A stretch of DNA of 64,000 bases from contig CAVUMU010000011.1 in the NCBI GenBank assembly GCA_963742755.1, forward strand, positions 76,568 through 140,567, written 5' to 3'. Origin of the DNA: an uncultured Gemmatimonadales bacterium (GTDB lineage: Bacteria > Gemmatimonadota > Gemmatimonadetes > Gemmatimonadales > GWC2-71-9). A model generated the notes under the pieces. The model was not told the DNA's origin, ran no database searches, and saw only the letters and a program-made list of their open reading frames with translations. The position numbers were made by a program, and so were the translations under genes. Numbering within the stretch: the stretch's first letter is position 1; each line of letters starts with the position of its first letter. Shown in pieces: positions 9,771 to 19,627 of this stretch.

Positions 9771-10475
9771 ATGCCATTCATTGATCTGAGTCACACGATA
9801 GAGCACGGGATGACCACCTATCCCGGCCTGCCCGGTCCGATCATCTGCGATTACATGAGTCGGCAAGCCTCGCGGGCACACTACAGCCCCGGCGTGGAAT
9901 TTCAGATCGGCAAGATCGAGATGGTGGCGAACACGGGCACCTATCTCGACGCCCCCTTTCACCGTTATGCCGACGGGAAAGATCTGGCTCAGCTTTCCCT
10001 CGAGTCGCTCGCCGACCTGGAGGGGATCGTGGTTCGTATCGGCGACGGCGCGGGCCGGGCAATCACGTCGAAAGCGTTCGAGGGCATCGAGGTCGAAGGC
10101 AAGGCGGTGCTGGTCGCGACCGGCTGGGACGTTCACTGGAGGACCGAGCGCTACCTCGCGGGGCATCCGTTCCTGACGGCTGACGCCGCCGAGACCCTGA
10201 TGCGTCGAGGGGTCAAGCTGGTGGGCATCGACTCCCTGAACATAGACGACACCGCGGATGCGGGCCGCCCGGTCCATACAACGCTGCTCGGGGCCGGCGT
10301 GCCGATCGTCGAGCACCTGTGTCATCTCTCCCGCCTGCCGGTGCGAGACTTCAAATTTTTCGCGGTGCCCGCCAAGGTCGCTGGATTCGGGAGCTGGCCG
10401 GTGCGGGCCTTTGGACATGTCATTTCGTCAAACGATCGTCTCGGGCTTTCCCGCCGTCGCCCTTCGCTCGGCTGA
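9771..10475 (+). CDS. Cyclase family metal-dependent hydrolase (kynurenine formamidase-like)
   Basis: IDLSH, NTGTYLDAPFH (variant of HxGTHxDxPxH), VGID, PVH, VEHL, PVRA. Confidence 0.85.
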   Translation: MPFIDLSHTIEHGMTTYPGLPGPIICDYMSRQASRAHYSPGVEFQIGKIEMVANTGTYLDAPFHRYADGKDLAQLSLESLADLEGIVVRIGDGAGRAITSKAFEGIEVEGKAVLVATGWDVHWRTERYLAGHPFLTADAAETLMRRGVKLVGIDSLNIDDTADAGRPVHTTLLGAGVPIVEHLCHLSRLPVRDFKFFAVPAKVAGFGSWPVRAFGHVISSNDRLGLSRRRPSLG

Positions 10476-11385
10476 GCTGGAGCTGGTCGCGATCCCGAGC
10501 CTGGGGATGAAGCTGACCAATCTCCGCCGGCTCGATGGACGCGAATGGCTCTGGCGCAGCGACCAGATTCCGCTGGCCCCGCCACGGGCCGGTGCTTCCT
10601 ACGTGGAGTCGGCCGACAGCGGGGGGTGGGACGAGTGCTTCCCTACCGTCGGGCCATGTCCGATCCCAGGCGGCCCGCCCGGAACTCCTCCGCTGCCCGA
10701 CCACGGCGAGCTGTGGACTGCTGCATGGAGCAGTTCGGTCGCCGACACCGCTGAGGGGACCATGCTTGCCGGTTCCGCCCGGGGAGCGCTCTTCCCCTAC
10801 GAGTTTCACCGGCAGGTCACGCTGGATCCAACGCAGCCGGTGGTTCGCTTTCGGTACCTCTTGCGTCACACCGGCGACAAGCCGTTTCCCTGGATCTGGT
10901 CCTCCCATCCGCTTCTCAATGTGCAGCCGGGATCGGTGCTCGCACTGCCGGGTGTGAGTCAGGTGAAGCTTGCCGCGGTCCACGGGCGGGAAGACCTCCA
11001 CCAGGACTATGTGGTGAGCTGGCCTGGCGCCATCGGTGGTGATGCCTCCCGCTTCACCTTTCCGGAAAAGGGTGGCTGGGCCATCAAGGCCTTCGGCGAC
11101 CTGGGCTCGGGAGGTCGCATGGTTCTGACCGATCCGCGGAAGGGCGAGCGGCTCGAGCTCCTGGTGCAGCGGGAGGAGGTCCCGCAGGTGGGGGTGTGGA
11201 TCAACTGCCGGGGCTGGGCACCACCAGGTCGTACTCCTTATTACAACCTCGCCCTCGAACCCTGTATCGGAGCTCCGGACCGACTCGACCTGGCGCTCAT
11301 CGAGTGGCACACGGCGCAAACCCTTCACCCGGGTGAGGAACGCGCGTGGTCACTGGAGGTGCGCCTGCCGGGGGAGGCGGGTTAA
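10417..11385 (+). CDS. Galactose mutarotase/aldose-1-epimerase-like protein
   Basis: GGWDECFP, DHGELW, WSSHP and ALEP motifs; ATG 10417 overlaps the cyclase end. Confidence 0.7.
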   Translation: MSFRQTIVSGFPAVALRSAELELVAIPSLGMKLTNLRRLDGREWLWRSDQIPLAPPRAGASYVESADSGGWDECFPTVGPCPIPGGPPGTPPLPDHGELWTAAWSSSVADTAEGTMLAGSARGALFPYEFHRQVTLDPTQPVVRFRYLLRHTGDKPFPWIWSSHPLLNVQPGSVLALPGVSQVKLAAVHGREDLHQDYVVSWPGAIGGDASRFTFPEKGGWAIKAFGDLGSGGRMVLTDPRKGERLELLVQREEVPQVGVWINCRGWAPPGRTPYYNLALEPCIGAPDRLDLALIEWHTAQTLHPGEERAWSLEVRLPGEAG

Positions 11386-11401
11386 CCCGGTGGGTCTTCG
11401 C

Positions 11402-12346
11402 TCAGGATGAGATTTCGGGCAGCATCTCCGCCACCGCCGCGATCGTCAGCGGTGCGCTCCCTTCGGCCCGGTTGTTCACCAGCAGGTAGGCCGGAATTCT
11501 GGTCCTTACCGCGGCTTCCACCAACCGAACCAGGTCCCTCCGCAGCTTCGGATTGGGCTCGCGTATCCGGTCGTAGGGTGCAAACACGTCGACTGCCTCA
11601 TCGTAGGTCCTGCCCGGACGCAGGAGTGCCCGGGCCACGATAAACGGACCGGAGATCGAGCCGGGAAGGTCGAGCTGATGCCCGATAGGAGGCATGCGGG
11701 TCCAGGAGTTGAACACATGCGCCACCCCGTGCTCCCGCAGTACGGCAAAGTACATGGGGGTGAGGAACTCCTCGTTACGAATCTCGACCGCAAATTGCCC
11801 CTCCCTGGGTAGGGCCGAGAAAAATTCATCGAGCCTGCCGGCGAACCCCTCAGCATCGATCCCGCTCGACTTTGCCAAAGTCTGGAACTCGAAGACGAAG
11901 GGACCGGTATGCTCGGCGAAATAGCGGTAGTGGGGCTGATAGATCTCCTCGCCAAAAAGGTCGGCGTTGAGGAAATCCGGGTTGACCTTTCCGGCGCGGG
12001 CCGGGTCCTGAGCCTTGGTAAAAGTGTGGACCGTGAGCTGGCTCCAGACTTTGCTGAGGCAGGGGAAGCCGGGAGGGAGCTGCTCGGAGTAGCCCCGAAG
12101 TATCTCTTCGGTCGGGGGGGCGTAGAAGCTCGAGTCGATTCCGACAGCACCGAACAGGGGAAAAGCGGCGTACTCCTGCAGCATCTTTGTCGCCGCGCCT
12201 TTTGTTCCGTAGTCGCGGTGGTAGACCAGCCCCTTCCAGCCGGGATAATTCCAGGTTGAGGTCCCGAAGCGTACTGAGGGCGGAATCCGGCTGCCCAGCC
12301 GCTCGAACTCGGCGAGATCCAGGGTACCACTCCCCAGGCTACTCAT
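11402..12346 (-). CDS. DUF72 family protein
   Basis: GTSTWNYPGWKGLVY, DSSFYAPP, AVEIRN, VNN...GSAP. Confidence 0.85.
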   Translation of the reverse strand: MSSLGSGTLDLAEFERLGSRIPPSVRFGTSTWNYPGWKGLVYHRDYGTKGAATKMLQEYAAFPLFGAVGIDSSFYAPPTEEILRGYSEQLPPGFPCLSKVWSQLTVHTFTKAQDPARAGKVNPDFLNADLFGEEIYQPHYRYFAEHTGPFVFEFQTLAKSSGIDAEGFAGRLDEFFSALPREGQFAVEIRNEEFLTPMYFAVLREHGVAHVFNSWTRMPPIGHQLDLPGSISGPFIVARALLRPGRTYDEAVDVFAPYDRIREPNPKLRRDLVRLVEAAVRTRIPAYLLVNNRAEGSAPLTIAAVAEMLPEISS

Positions 12347-12352
12347 GGAGGT

Positions 12353-13522
12353 CTAGGACTCGGGCACGATCTTGAAGACTCCGCCACCGGCCTGGAGTAC
12401 ATAGAGCTCGCCGGCCGAGTCTTCCCCAAAGCTGAGGATCGGCCCTCCGGGACTCAGCGTGGGCCAGCTTGCCTCATCGGTCACAATGCCTCCGGCATTA
12501 CGAAAGCTCCGGACCCAGCCCCGACAGAAATCGGCGTAGAAGTAATGGCCTTGAAGGGCAGGGATGACGCTGCCGCGATACACATAGCCGCCGGTGACGG
12601 AGCACCCCACCTGGTGGGTGTATTCCAGCAGCGGTAGCGTCAGGCCAGTCTGATCGCAGCCCGAGGTGCGGAAACATCGAGAGCCTTCCATGACGCTCCA
12701 GCCATAGTTCGCTCCCTTGCCGCCACCATCCTCGGATGTCGAGACGTCGATCTCTTCCCGCTGGCTCTCACCCACGTCGGCAATGTACAGATCTCCGTTG
12801 GCCCGGTCGAAGCTGAATCGCCACGGGTTCCGCAGCCCGTAACTCCAGATCTCGGCACGCCGGCCGGGGCTTCCCACGAACGGATTGTCAGCCGGCACGG
12901 TATACGGGTCTCCTGCCCCCACATCGAGGCGAAGAATGGAGCCGAGCAGGTCCGACAAGTCCTGCCCGCGGCCCTGGGGATCGCTGCTCCCTCCCCCATC
13001 ACCCAATCCCAGATACAGGAAGCCGTCGGGTCCGAATGCTACCTGTCCTCCGTTGTGGTTGGACTCCGGCTGGGCAGCCGTCAGAATCACCTGTTCGCTC
13101 GCGGGATCGGCGCGGTCCGGATCGGCGGAAACCTGAACGCGCGACAAGACCGTGTTACCCGCCAGATCGGTATAGTGGACCACGAAACGTCCGTTTGCCG
13201 GGTACTCCGGATCGAACGCGAGACCGAGCAGCCCTTGCTCGTTCCCGGCGGAGACTTTGGCACTCAAGTCGAGGAATGGCGCATCCAGCAGGACCCCCTC
13301 TTTGACGATCCGGATGCCACCAGTCTTCTCGACGATGAACAGGCGGGCATCGGCGGCGGGGGCCGTGAGGTACAAAGGACTGCTCAATCCCGCTGCGACC
13401 GGCGCAAGGCGAGCGCCGGCACCAACGGGAGGTCCCACTGGCCCGTCTTCCGAGCAGGCACTGGCGCTGAGGGCGAGGGTCAGCGAAAGTCCGACGTGGG
13501 CGAGCGGGTGATAAAGATTCAT
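12353..13522 (-). CDS. PQQ-dependent glucose/sorbosone dehydrogenase family lipoprotein
   Basis: EQGLLGLAFDP, NHNGG.VAFGPDG, GDGG, YGLRNPWR, NYGW; lipobox ASAC; ATG 13522 chosen. Confidence 0.9.
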   Translation of the reverse strand: MNLYHPLAHVGLSLTLALSASACSEDGPVGPPVGAGARLAPVAAGLSSPLYLTAPAADARLFIVEKTGGIRIVKEGVLLDAPFLDLSAKVSAGNEQGLLGLAFDPEYPANGRFVVHYTDLAGNTVLSRVQVSADPDRADPASEQVILTAAQPESNHNGGQVAFGPDGFLYLGLGDGGGSSDPQGRGQDLSDLLGSILRLDVGAGDPYTVPADNPFVGSPGRRAEIWSYGLRNPWRFSFDRANGDLYIADVGESQREEIDVSTSEDGGGKGANYGWSVMEGSRCFRTSGCDQTGLTLPLLEYTHQVGCSVTGGYVYRGSVIPALQGHYFYADFCRGWVRSFRNAGGIVTDEASWPTLSPGGPILSFGEDSAGELYVLQAGGGVFKIVPES

Positions 13523-13551
13523 CGTGAAACCTCGGAGGCAGGTACCGCCCG

Positions 13552-14034
13552 ATGAAACAAATGAGCTCGATCCGGGCCGCATGGCTCGTGCTTCTGGGAA
13601 GCTGTACGCCGCTGGGGCTTTGGATGTACGAAGACCCGGTTGTAACGGTAGCACGTGTGACACTGGAGGTCCGGGAGCGGCGGACGGCAGCGGCACCCGT
13701 CGTGGTGGCGCTGGCCATCGACAACCGGAACGATTTTCCCATCTCGACCACCCGGATGGAGGTCTCGCTCCGTCTCGATGGCGTCCCGATTGGCCGGCTG
13801 AAGCAGGACAGTACTCGCCGGGTACCGATGGAGGGTGTCTCCACTGTCGCTTTGCCGCTGGCCCTGGAGAAGCAGACCACGCCGACGCACCTTCGCACCC
13901 TGGACAGTGGGAGCCATCGATTCGCGGTGAGCGGCCGAGCAACCTTCCAGACCCCCATCGGTACTCGAAAAGTCCGGTTTGCGGAGGAGGGCGAGATGAT
14001 CTTCGGCCAGCGCCAGACCGACTCCTCCTATTGA
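13552..14034 (+). CDS. LEA_2/WHy-domain lipoprotein
   Basis: Lipobox LGSC; LAIDNRNDFPI (NPN-like WHy motif); beta-rich. Confidence 0.6.
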   Translation: MKQMSSIRAAWLVLLGSCTPLGLWMYEDPVVTVARVTLEVRERRTAAAPVVVALAIDNRNDFPISTTRMEVSLRLDGVPIGRLKQDSTRRVPMEGVSTVALPLALEKQTTPTHLRTLDSGSHRFAVSGRATFQTPIGTRKVRFAEEGEMIFGQRQTDSSY

Positions 14035-14162
14035 AAAATAACCGGCAGGATGGACAATAGGATCAGCCGCGTTACCTCACGGCCGGCTCTGGAAGTCACC
14101 GAAGTCGGTACCCGAGGGACAGGGCGAGACCGCGACCTATTTGGTAGAAGAGGTGGTGTCGC

Positions 14163-15146
14163 TTAGGAGAGGAGCACTTGGCTCTGCAGGGATAGCCAGA
14201 CCTGAGGGAAGGCCCACAGCGAGCAAAGTCCTACCAGCGAATAACTGTGGCCGACGGCCTGCTTCTCCATACAAAGGGAAACAAACTGTTGCCCTAGCGC
14301 GGAGGCATTCACCCGAGGGTGCCGAAGCCACAAGCCGAAGGGCAATGGCGGATCCAGAAACCTGCGGAAGACGACGGCGGGCTCTGAGTGGGCTTCCTCC
14401 ACCATCGAAGGGCTCATCAGCTTCCAACAACATCCCTGAGCCACCAGTGAGACGGCAGGAGCTCCTATGGCCTGTATGTTGGCCGGTTCGGCGGTAAGGC
14501 CGCGTGCGGCCAGCCCCGCCAGGACGCTGTCGTACGTCACCGGGTTGATATCGCGAGCCATTACCAAGAGGGGCAGGGACGCGAGATCGCGGAGCCAGAG
14601 CATTTCCTGAGAGGCCAGTGGGTGGGCGGCGGGCAGGAGCACGCCGACTATCGGATCATCGCGAAGCAGGTCGCTGACGATTCCGCCTGTTTCCTGCTCG
14701 GGCAGGTAGCCGAAGGCTACGTCGATCTCGCCCTCTTGCAGCGCCTGGGTTTGAGCTCCGGTCGAGAGGTGCTGCACAGTCACCGACATGTTGGGCAGCG
14801 AGTGGTGGAAGCGAGCCAGCGCCTCTCCAAGTAGCGCGAAGTGAGGGGGTGTAAGGTATGAGTAGGCAAGACGTAACAGGCCGGTCTCGCTTTGGGCACG
14901 CGCCCGCTGAACTGCCCGCAGCGTCTCGCCCAGCGCACCGCGGGCCCCCTCTACGAAAGCGCCCCCTGCCGGCGTCAGGACGGCGCCGCGCGCATTCCGC
15001 TCGAAGAGCTTGATGCCCAGCTCCCGTTCCAAGTCAGCGATTTGCCGGGAGACCGCCTGCTGGGCGAGCCCGAGTCTCTTGGCGGCTCGAGTAAAGCTGC
15101 CTTCTTCTGCTACCGCGATGCAGTACCGGAGATGCCTGAGTTCCAA
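14163..15146 (-). CDS. LysR-family transcriptional regulator
   Basis: LELRHLRYCIAVAEEGSFTRAAKRLGLAQQAVSRQIADLERELG..LFER...LTPAG; TTG start at 15146 chosen. Confidence 0.9.
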   Translation of the reverse strand: MELRHLRYCIAVAEEGSFTRAAKRLGLAQQAVSRQIADLERELGIKLFERNARGAVLTPAGGAFVEGARGALGETLRAVQRARAQSETGLLRLAYSYLTPPHFALLGEALARFHHSLPNMSVTVQHLSTGAQTQALQEGEIDVAFGYLPEQETGGIVSDLLRDDPIVGVLLPAAHPLASQEMLWLRDLASLPLLVMARDINPVTYDSVLAGLAARGLTAEPANIQAIGAPAVSLVAQGCCWKLMSPSMVEEAHSEPAVVFRRFLDPPLPFGLWLRHPRVNASALGQQFVSLCMEKQAVGHSYSLVGLCSLWAFPQVWLSLQSQVLLS

Positions 15147-15424
15147 GCCACACCTTTTGGCTGTGGGGAGTGGGATAAAGGTGTGTTGGATTTTTATGCA
15201 TGTCCAGTACCATTTTGTATCTCCGATACAAACTTGTATCCCTTTGGCGAGTGCAGCACCGCCGACCGTCGCCCCGAGTCTCGTATGGAGGTGCTTGACG
15301 CCGGACTGGCACCTCTCAAGTGATCCGCCAGTGACTGTCAGTAGTAGCAGCAACAGACATCCGACACCAGGACCGCAGCAGGGCGGTCATCCCGGACGGG
15401 CGGCAGGTCTTCAACTTGCTGTCG

Positions 15425-15441
15425 CATTTTGTGGCAAAATG
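15425..15441. promoter_or_regulatory. Palindromic candidate operator (T-N11-A type) between the divergent regulators
   Basis: CATTTTG-TGG-CAAAATG perfect inverted repeat. Confidence 0.35.
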
Positions 15442-15733
15442 GGAATTCGCGTGACGATGAGCGCCACCCGAGTTCCTACGGCTGATGACCCAAACTCGTC
15501 GAGCAGAAACGTTTGAGTGCGAGCGATAAGAGCTGAGGCGCAGTCTCGCTTTAACTGCATTTCTATGCAGTTGCGACACGTTTTAAGGCACAAGTCCTAT
15601 GCGTGGGATATGGTACCCATTGCTGTTGGCGCGCAACTCCGTCGTCCCGACCTCGGAGCCCGCCTAATCGAGTTCTTCAATCCGCCGGAAGCGCCGGTAG
15701 AGTAAGCGGGCTCCCGGAGGCACCACAGAGAAA

Positions 15734-16531
15734 TTGATGCTCACAGTCTTCGCCAAGGACGCGCGATACGCTCGGCGGATCGCAGCAGTTCTTGCACCGC
15801 GGGAGCCGGCCATTTGGGCGGAGTGTTGGGAGGAGCTCGAGCGCGAGCTCTTCGCGAGTGCCTGTACCATCGTCGTCCTCGGCTGGCTACGTGATGATCT
15901 CGGAGAGCGAAGACTCCGTACCCTGAAAGAGCGTTACCCCCGACGACCGCTGGTGCTGGTAACCAGCAAGGACGCCGATAACGCTCGCGCCCTTCGGTCG
16001 GCCGGCGTAGACGAGGTGGTATGGCTTTCGGAGATCGAGACGGGTCTCTGGTCTGCGATTCGTCGCGCAAGAGGAATCGGCTACCTGGAGCCCGTCATGC
16101 GCACAATAGAGCTCTCCCTCCCGGCGTATCCTCGACTCCAGCGGGCGCTGGGACATGCCTGCCGAGCCGAGCCCCCGGTCAGGTCGATTGGGCAGCTCGC
16201 CTCTGCCTCAGGATGCGATCGTCGAACGCTCTGGCGCCATTGGCACGATGCCGTCGCCGCCCGGCTCCCGCTCCGGCTGGAGGACGTGCTCGACTGGTTA
16301 CTCCTCCTTCACGCCGTGGGCAGGAAGGATCCGTCGTGTAGCTGGTCGAGGGTGGCCGCCGAGCTTCACATCCATCCCCATACCCTCGGGCGAATCTGCG
16401 TCCGGCTCGCTGGTCGGCCATTACGAATGCTGGCTGCCATCGATCAACTGCCTCTCGCGCTCCAGTTCGACGCTCAGATTCACACCGCATTCGGCAGTCA
16501 GCCGGCGTGGACCAGAGTCAGTTCGGCCTAA
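15734..16531 (+). CDS. Transcriptional regulator with pseudo-receiver N-domain and AraC-like tandem HTH
   Basis: Receiver-like PLVLVT...ALRSAGVDEVV; IGQLASASGCDRRTLWRHW and WSRVAAELHIHPHTLGRIC as two HTH-like segments. Confidence 0.6.
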   Translation: MMLTVFAKDARYARRIAAVLAPREPAIWAECWEELERELFASACTIVVLGWLRDDLGERRLRTLKERYPRRPLVLVTSKDADNARALRSAGVDEVVWLSEIETGLWSAIRRARGIGYLEPVMRTIELSLPAYPRLQRALGHACRAEPPVRSIGQLASASGCDRRTLWRHWHDAVAARLPLRLEDVLDWLLLLHAVGRKDPSCSWSRVAAELHIHPHTLGRICVRLAGRPLRMLAAIDQLPLALQFDAQIHTAFGSQPAWTRVSSA

Positions 16532-16574
16532 AGGCGAGGTCAGGCGGCGTAGCTCCCTCGCATCTGCCGGACCC

Positions 16575-16612
16575 GAGACGTTTTGGGTCCGGCAGAGACG
16601 TTTTGCGGTTGC
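16575..16612 (+). promoter_or_regulatory. Regulon motif copy 1
   Basis: GAGACGTTTTGGGtccggcaGAGACGTTTTGCGGTTGC; TTGCCC-17nt-GAACCT. Confidence 0.75.
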
Positions 16613-16742
16613 CCCGGGGCGCCCGCCGGTCGAACCTTGTATACGAATCACTAATCAATCGATTCTGGTCTCGTCTTGTGCGTTGCTTTGGAACCGCGGC
16701 GCGAGACTCTCTTGCATTTGCCGCGACCGTGAAAGAGGAGAC

Positions 16743-17888
16743 ATGACCTTGTTCTCATCGACGATGCTGCGCACGACATTGGCGACCCTGTTACTCCTGC
16801 CGCACGCCGGCGTGGGCGCTGCACTCGCCCAGAAACGCGACAAGGGTGAGAAGTCCGAGCCGCTGGTCGTCGCCAGCCAGGGCAACCGCCCGTTCGGTGG
16901 ACGGGTGGTGGTAGATGCCGCCGCAGGTACCCGGCTCAGCTGCGACCACGGCTACGTCAACTGGCAGGTTCCGCTCTCCCCGCGCCGGTACCCGCTCCTG
17001 ATGGTGCACGCCAGCAGCAAGAAGACATGGGAAACTACGTTCCACGGCACCGAAGGCTTCAGGGACATCTTCCTCCGTCGCGGCTTCTCGACCTGGATCA
17101 CCGACCTCCCGCGTACCGGCCAGGCCGGCCAGGGCTGCGGGGCAACGTCATACACGCCCGCGCTTTCCGACAAGAGCCGGTTCAACTCCTGGCGGCTCGG
17201 CCTCTGGCTGCTCGAGGAGTCGGCGCCGGACTGGTACCCGGGCGTGCAGTTCCCCACGACCAACGCCGCCGCCCTCGATGAGTTCTTCCGGGTTCAGACC
17301 CCCGAGTTCAATGCTCCGGAGAACGAAGAGGTCGAGACCGATGCCTTAGCCGTCCTGCTGCGTGAGATCGGCCCCTCGGTCGTGCTCACCCATTCGTCGA
17401 CCGGCATCCGCGGGTGGATTACCGCCCTCAAGAGCGACCGCATCGCCGGCATCGTGTCCTACGAGCCCGGGGCTGTCGTGTTCCCCGAAGGCGAGGTGCC
17501 GCCGCCGATCCCGAGAGCCGACGGGACGATGCAGATACCCGGCCGAGCAGTTCCGATGGCGGAATTCATGAAGCTGACCAGGTTCCCCATCCAGATCATC
17601 TGGGGCGACTACATCCCCAAGACCCTCGATCCGGTCAACGTGGGCCAGCGCCTGACTCTCGACAGCCGGCGGATCAACTTCATGCGCTCGCGGCTGTTCG
17701 CCGAGGCGGTCAATCGCCATGGCGGTGACGCGCAGAATCTGCTCCTGCCCGACATCGGCATCCACGGCAACACTCACTTCCCCATGCTGGATGTGAACAA
17801 CGTTCAGATCGCGGACCTCCTATCGCGGTTTCTCAGGGAGAAGGGGCTCGACAGGCGGAAGGATGACAAGCGGAAAGGAAAGGACTAG
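16743..17888 (+). CDS. Secreted alpha/beta hydrolase, esterase-713-like (paralogue 1)
   Basis: RBS AGAGGAG; signal peptide; DLPRTG, THSSTG nucleophile, YEPG acid, GNTHFPM His. Confidence 0.85.
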   Translation: MTLFSSTMLRTTLATLLLLPHAGVGAALAQKRDKGEKSEPLVVASQGNRPFGGRVVVDAAAGTRLSCDHGYVNWQVPLSPRRYPLLMVHASSKKTWETTFHGTEGFRDIFLRRGFSTWITDLPRTGQAGQGCGATSYTPALSDKSRFNSWRLGLWLLEESAPDWYPGVQFPTTNAAALDEFFRVQTPEFNAPENEEVETDALAVLLREIGPSVVLTHSSTGIRGWITALKSDRIAGIVSYEPGAVVFPEGEVPPPIPRADGTMQIPGRAVPMAEFMKLTRFPIQIIWGDYIPKTLDPVNVGQRLTLDSRRINFMRSRLFAEAVNRHGGDAQNLLLPDIGIHGNTHFPMLDVNNVQIADLLSRFLREKGLDRRKDDKRKGKD

Positions 17889-18049
17889 CCGGGCAGCAGC
17901 CGGTCGCGATGGCCAGATGTCGATAACCGGCCCCCGCAGAGCCACGAGGATCCGGAAGGACAACCTGGGAGGGACACGAGTGGCAGCGGCGAACTGCTGG
18001 AACGGCCTCGCGTAGAAAGGACAACCTGCTATAGAAGGAGTGCGGTGTC

Positions 18050-19303
18050 ATGAATCGGACGAGCAGCGCCATCCGGTGGGGCGCCTCCGCAGCCATCTCG
18101 GCCGCGATGCTGGTTGGCCTGGCCGGCACAGGGCAGGCGCAGGGGACCAACTGGCTGAAAAAGTACAAGGACCCCAACAAGGAGTCCATCACACTCAAGC
18201 GCCAGGGCTATTTCTACGTGAACGGCCGGTACTTCACCGACGAGGGCGACCCCAACACGGTGGGCGGGATGCGGATGACCGGCCAGATGTACGTGGAGGT
18301 CCAGGTTCCCAAGCACGTGAAGCACAAATACCCGGTCGTGATGATTCACGGCGGGTCGCAGACGGCGGCCAACTGGATGGGGACGCTCGATGGTGGCGAG
18401 GGCTGGCGCTCGTTCTTCACCGCCAACGGCTATGTGGTCTATCTGGTGGATCAGGTGGGCCGCGGCCGGTCGCCGGCCTACAACCCGCTTCCCGGCTATA
18501 GCCCGACCGACATCTCGACTTACGGGGAGCCGTTCAACCGCCCAGCCAACGTCCTCGGCCGGGAGCGCACCTGGAGCATCCCGGAGCAGTACATGGACTG
18601 GCCCCAGGCGGCCTTGCACACGCAGTGGCCCACCTTTGGCCAGCCGGGGGGGGGCAGGCCGGGCGACGAAGCCTTCGATCAGTTCTTCGCCTCCCAGATC
18701 CAGTCCCGGTTCGATCGGACGGGGAGAGAAATCCAGAAGGACGCCCAGGACGCCGGGGCGGCGTTGCTCGACAAGATCGGACCGGCGATCGTCATCACCC
18801 ACTCGCAGTCGGGGACGATGGGCTTCGCCATCGCCGATGCGCGCCCCAACCTGGTAAAGGTCCTGGTGACGATGGAAGGCGGCGGGAGGCCGACGGCGGC
18901 GACGGGGATTACCTGGCCGCCAGCCTCGATCCCCCTGACCTACTCGCCGGCGGTGACGGATCCCTTGACCCAGTTGAGCTACGTGGAGCAGGCGGCGGAT
19001 CCCACGGGCCTCCTCCTGACTTGCTGGCTGCAGAGGGAGCCGGCCAAGCAACTGCCTAATCTGGCGAGGATGCCACACCTGCTGCTCGTGAGCGAGGCGG
19101 GTTCATCGCAACGGACCAACCACTGCGTCTCGAAATACCTGACCCAGGCGGGTGTGCAGAACGACTATGTGAACCTCAAGGATGTGGGTATTCATGGCAA
19201 CGCGCACATGATCATGGTGGAAAAGAACGCGCTGCAGAGCGCGGCATACGTGGCCAGTTGGATCGAGAGCAAGCTCGAGAAGAAAGGGAAGAAGGACGAC
19301 TGA
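18050..19303 (+). CDS. Secreted alpha/beta hydrolase, esterase-713-like (paralogue 2)
   Basis: Signal peptide; GQMYV, HGG, DQVGRGRS, THSQSG, MEGG, GNAHMIM. Confidence 0.9.
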   Translation: MNRTSSAIRWGASAAISAAMLVGLAGTGQAQGTNWLKKYKDPNKESITLKRQGYFYVNGRYFTDEGDPNTVGGMRMTGQMYVEVQVPKHVKHKYPVVMIHGGSQTAANWMGTLDGGEGWRSFFTANGYVVYLVDQVGRGRSPAYNPLPGYSPTDISTYGEPFNRPANVLGRERTWSIPEQYMDWPQAALHTQWPTFGQPGGGRPGDEAFDQFFASQIQSRFDRTGREIQKDAQDAGAALLDKIGPAIVITHSQSGTMGFAIADARPNLVKVLVTMEGGGRPTAATGITWPPASIPLTYSPAVTDPLTQLSYVEQAADPTGLLLTCWLQREPAKQLPNLARMPHLLLVSEAGSSQRTNHCVSKYLTQAGVQNDYVNLKDVGIHGNAHMIMVEKNALQSAAYVASWIESKLEKKGKKDD

Positions 19304-19393
19304 GGCGGGACCGGTGACGGATGTCGATGGGAAGAGGGGCGCGGGCCTGGGCGGCGGCGCCCCTCTGCGTTGCGCACCCCAACGTTCTCCGAT

Positions 19394-19411
19394 GAGACGT
19401 TTTGCGGTTGC
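19394..19411 (+). promoter_or_regulatory. Regulon motif copy 2 (proximal half only)
   Basis: GAGACGTTTTGCGGTTGC; TTGCGC-16nt-GATTTT. Confidence 0.65.
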
Positions 19412-19627
19412 GCGATGAGGGGAACTACTGATTTTACCCTGAGGAACTCTGCCTTCCTTGGACCCACGCGGCGAAAGCCGCGGCCGCAAGCCCGGGGTAG
19501 TGCCTCCTCGGCGACGGACCCCGAACATGCCGTGCAGGGAATCCATGCTCACCGAGCTGCCGAAGAGGCGGCTCGGCGTTGCCGGTTGGACCACTGGCGG
19601 CACGTCAACTTCGTATTGGAGAGAGCT

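Noticed and set aside
14060-14140. Possible ncRNA or tRNA fragment at the left locus boundary
   Set aside because: No cloverleaf or recognisable RNA-family motif
16155-16742. Long N-terminal extensions in the ORF track (16155, 19370, 20652, 37482, 13942, 15353, etc.)
   Set aside because: Downstream starts have RBSs and signal peptides; the extensions overlap other genes or promoter motifs
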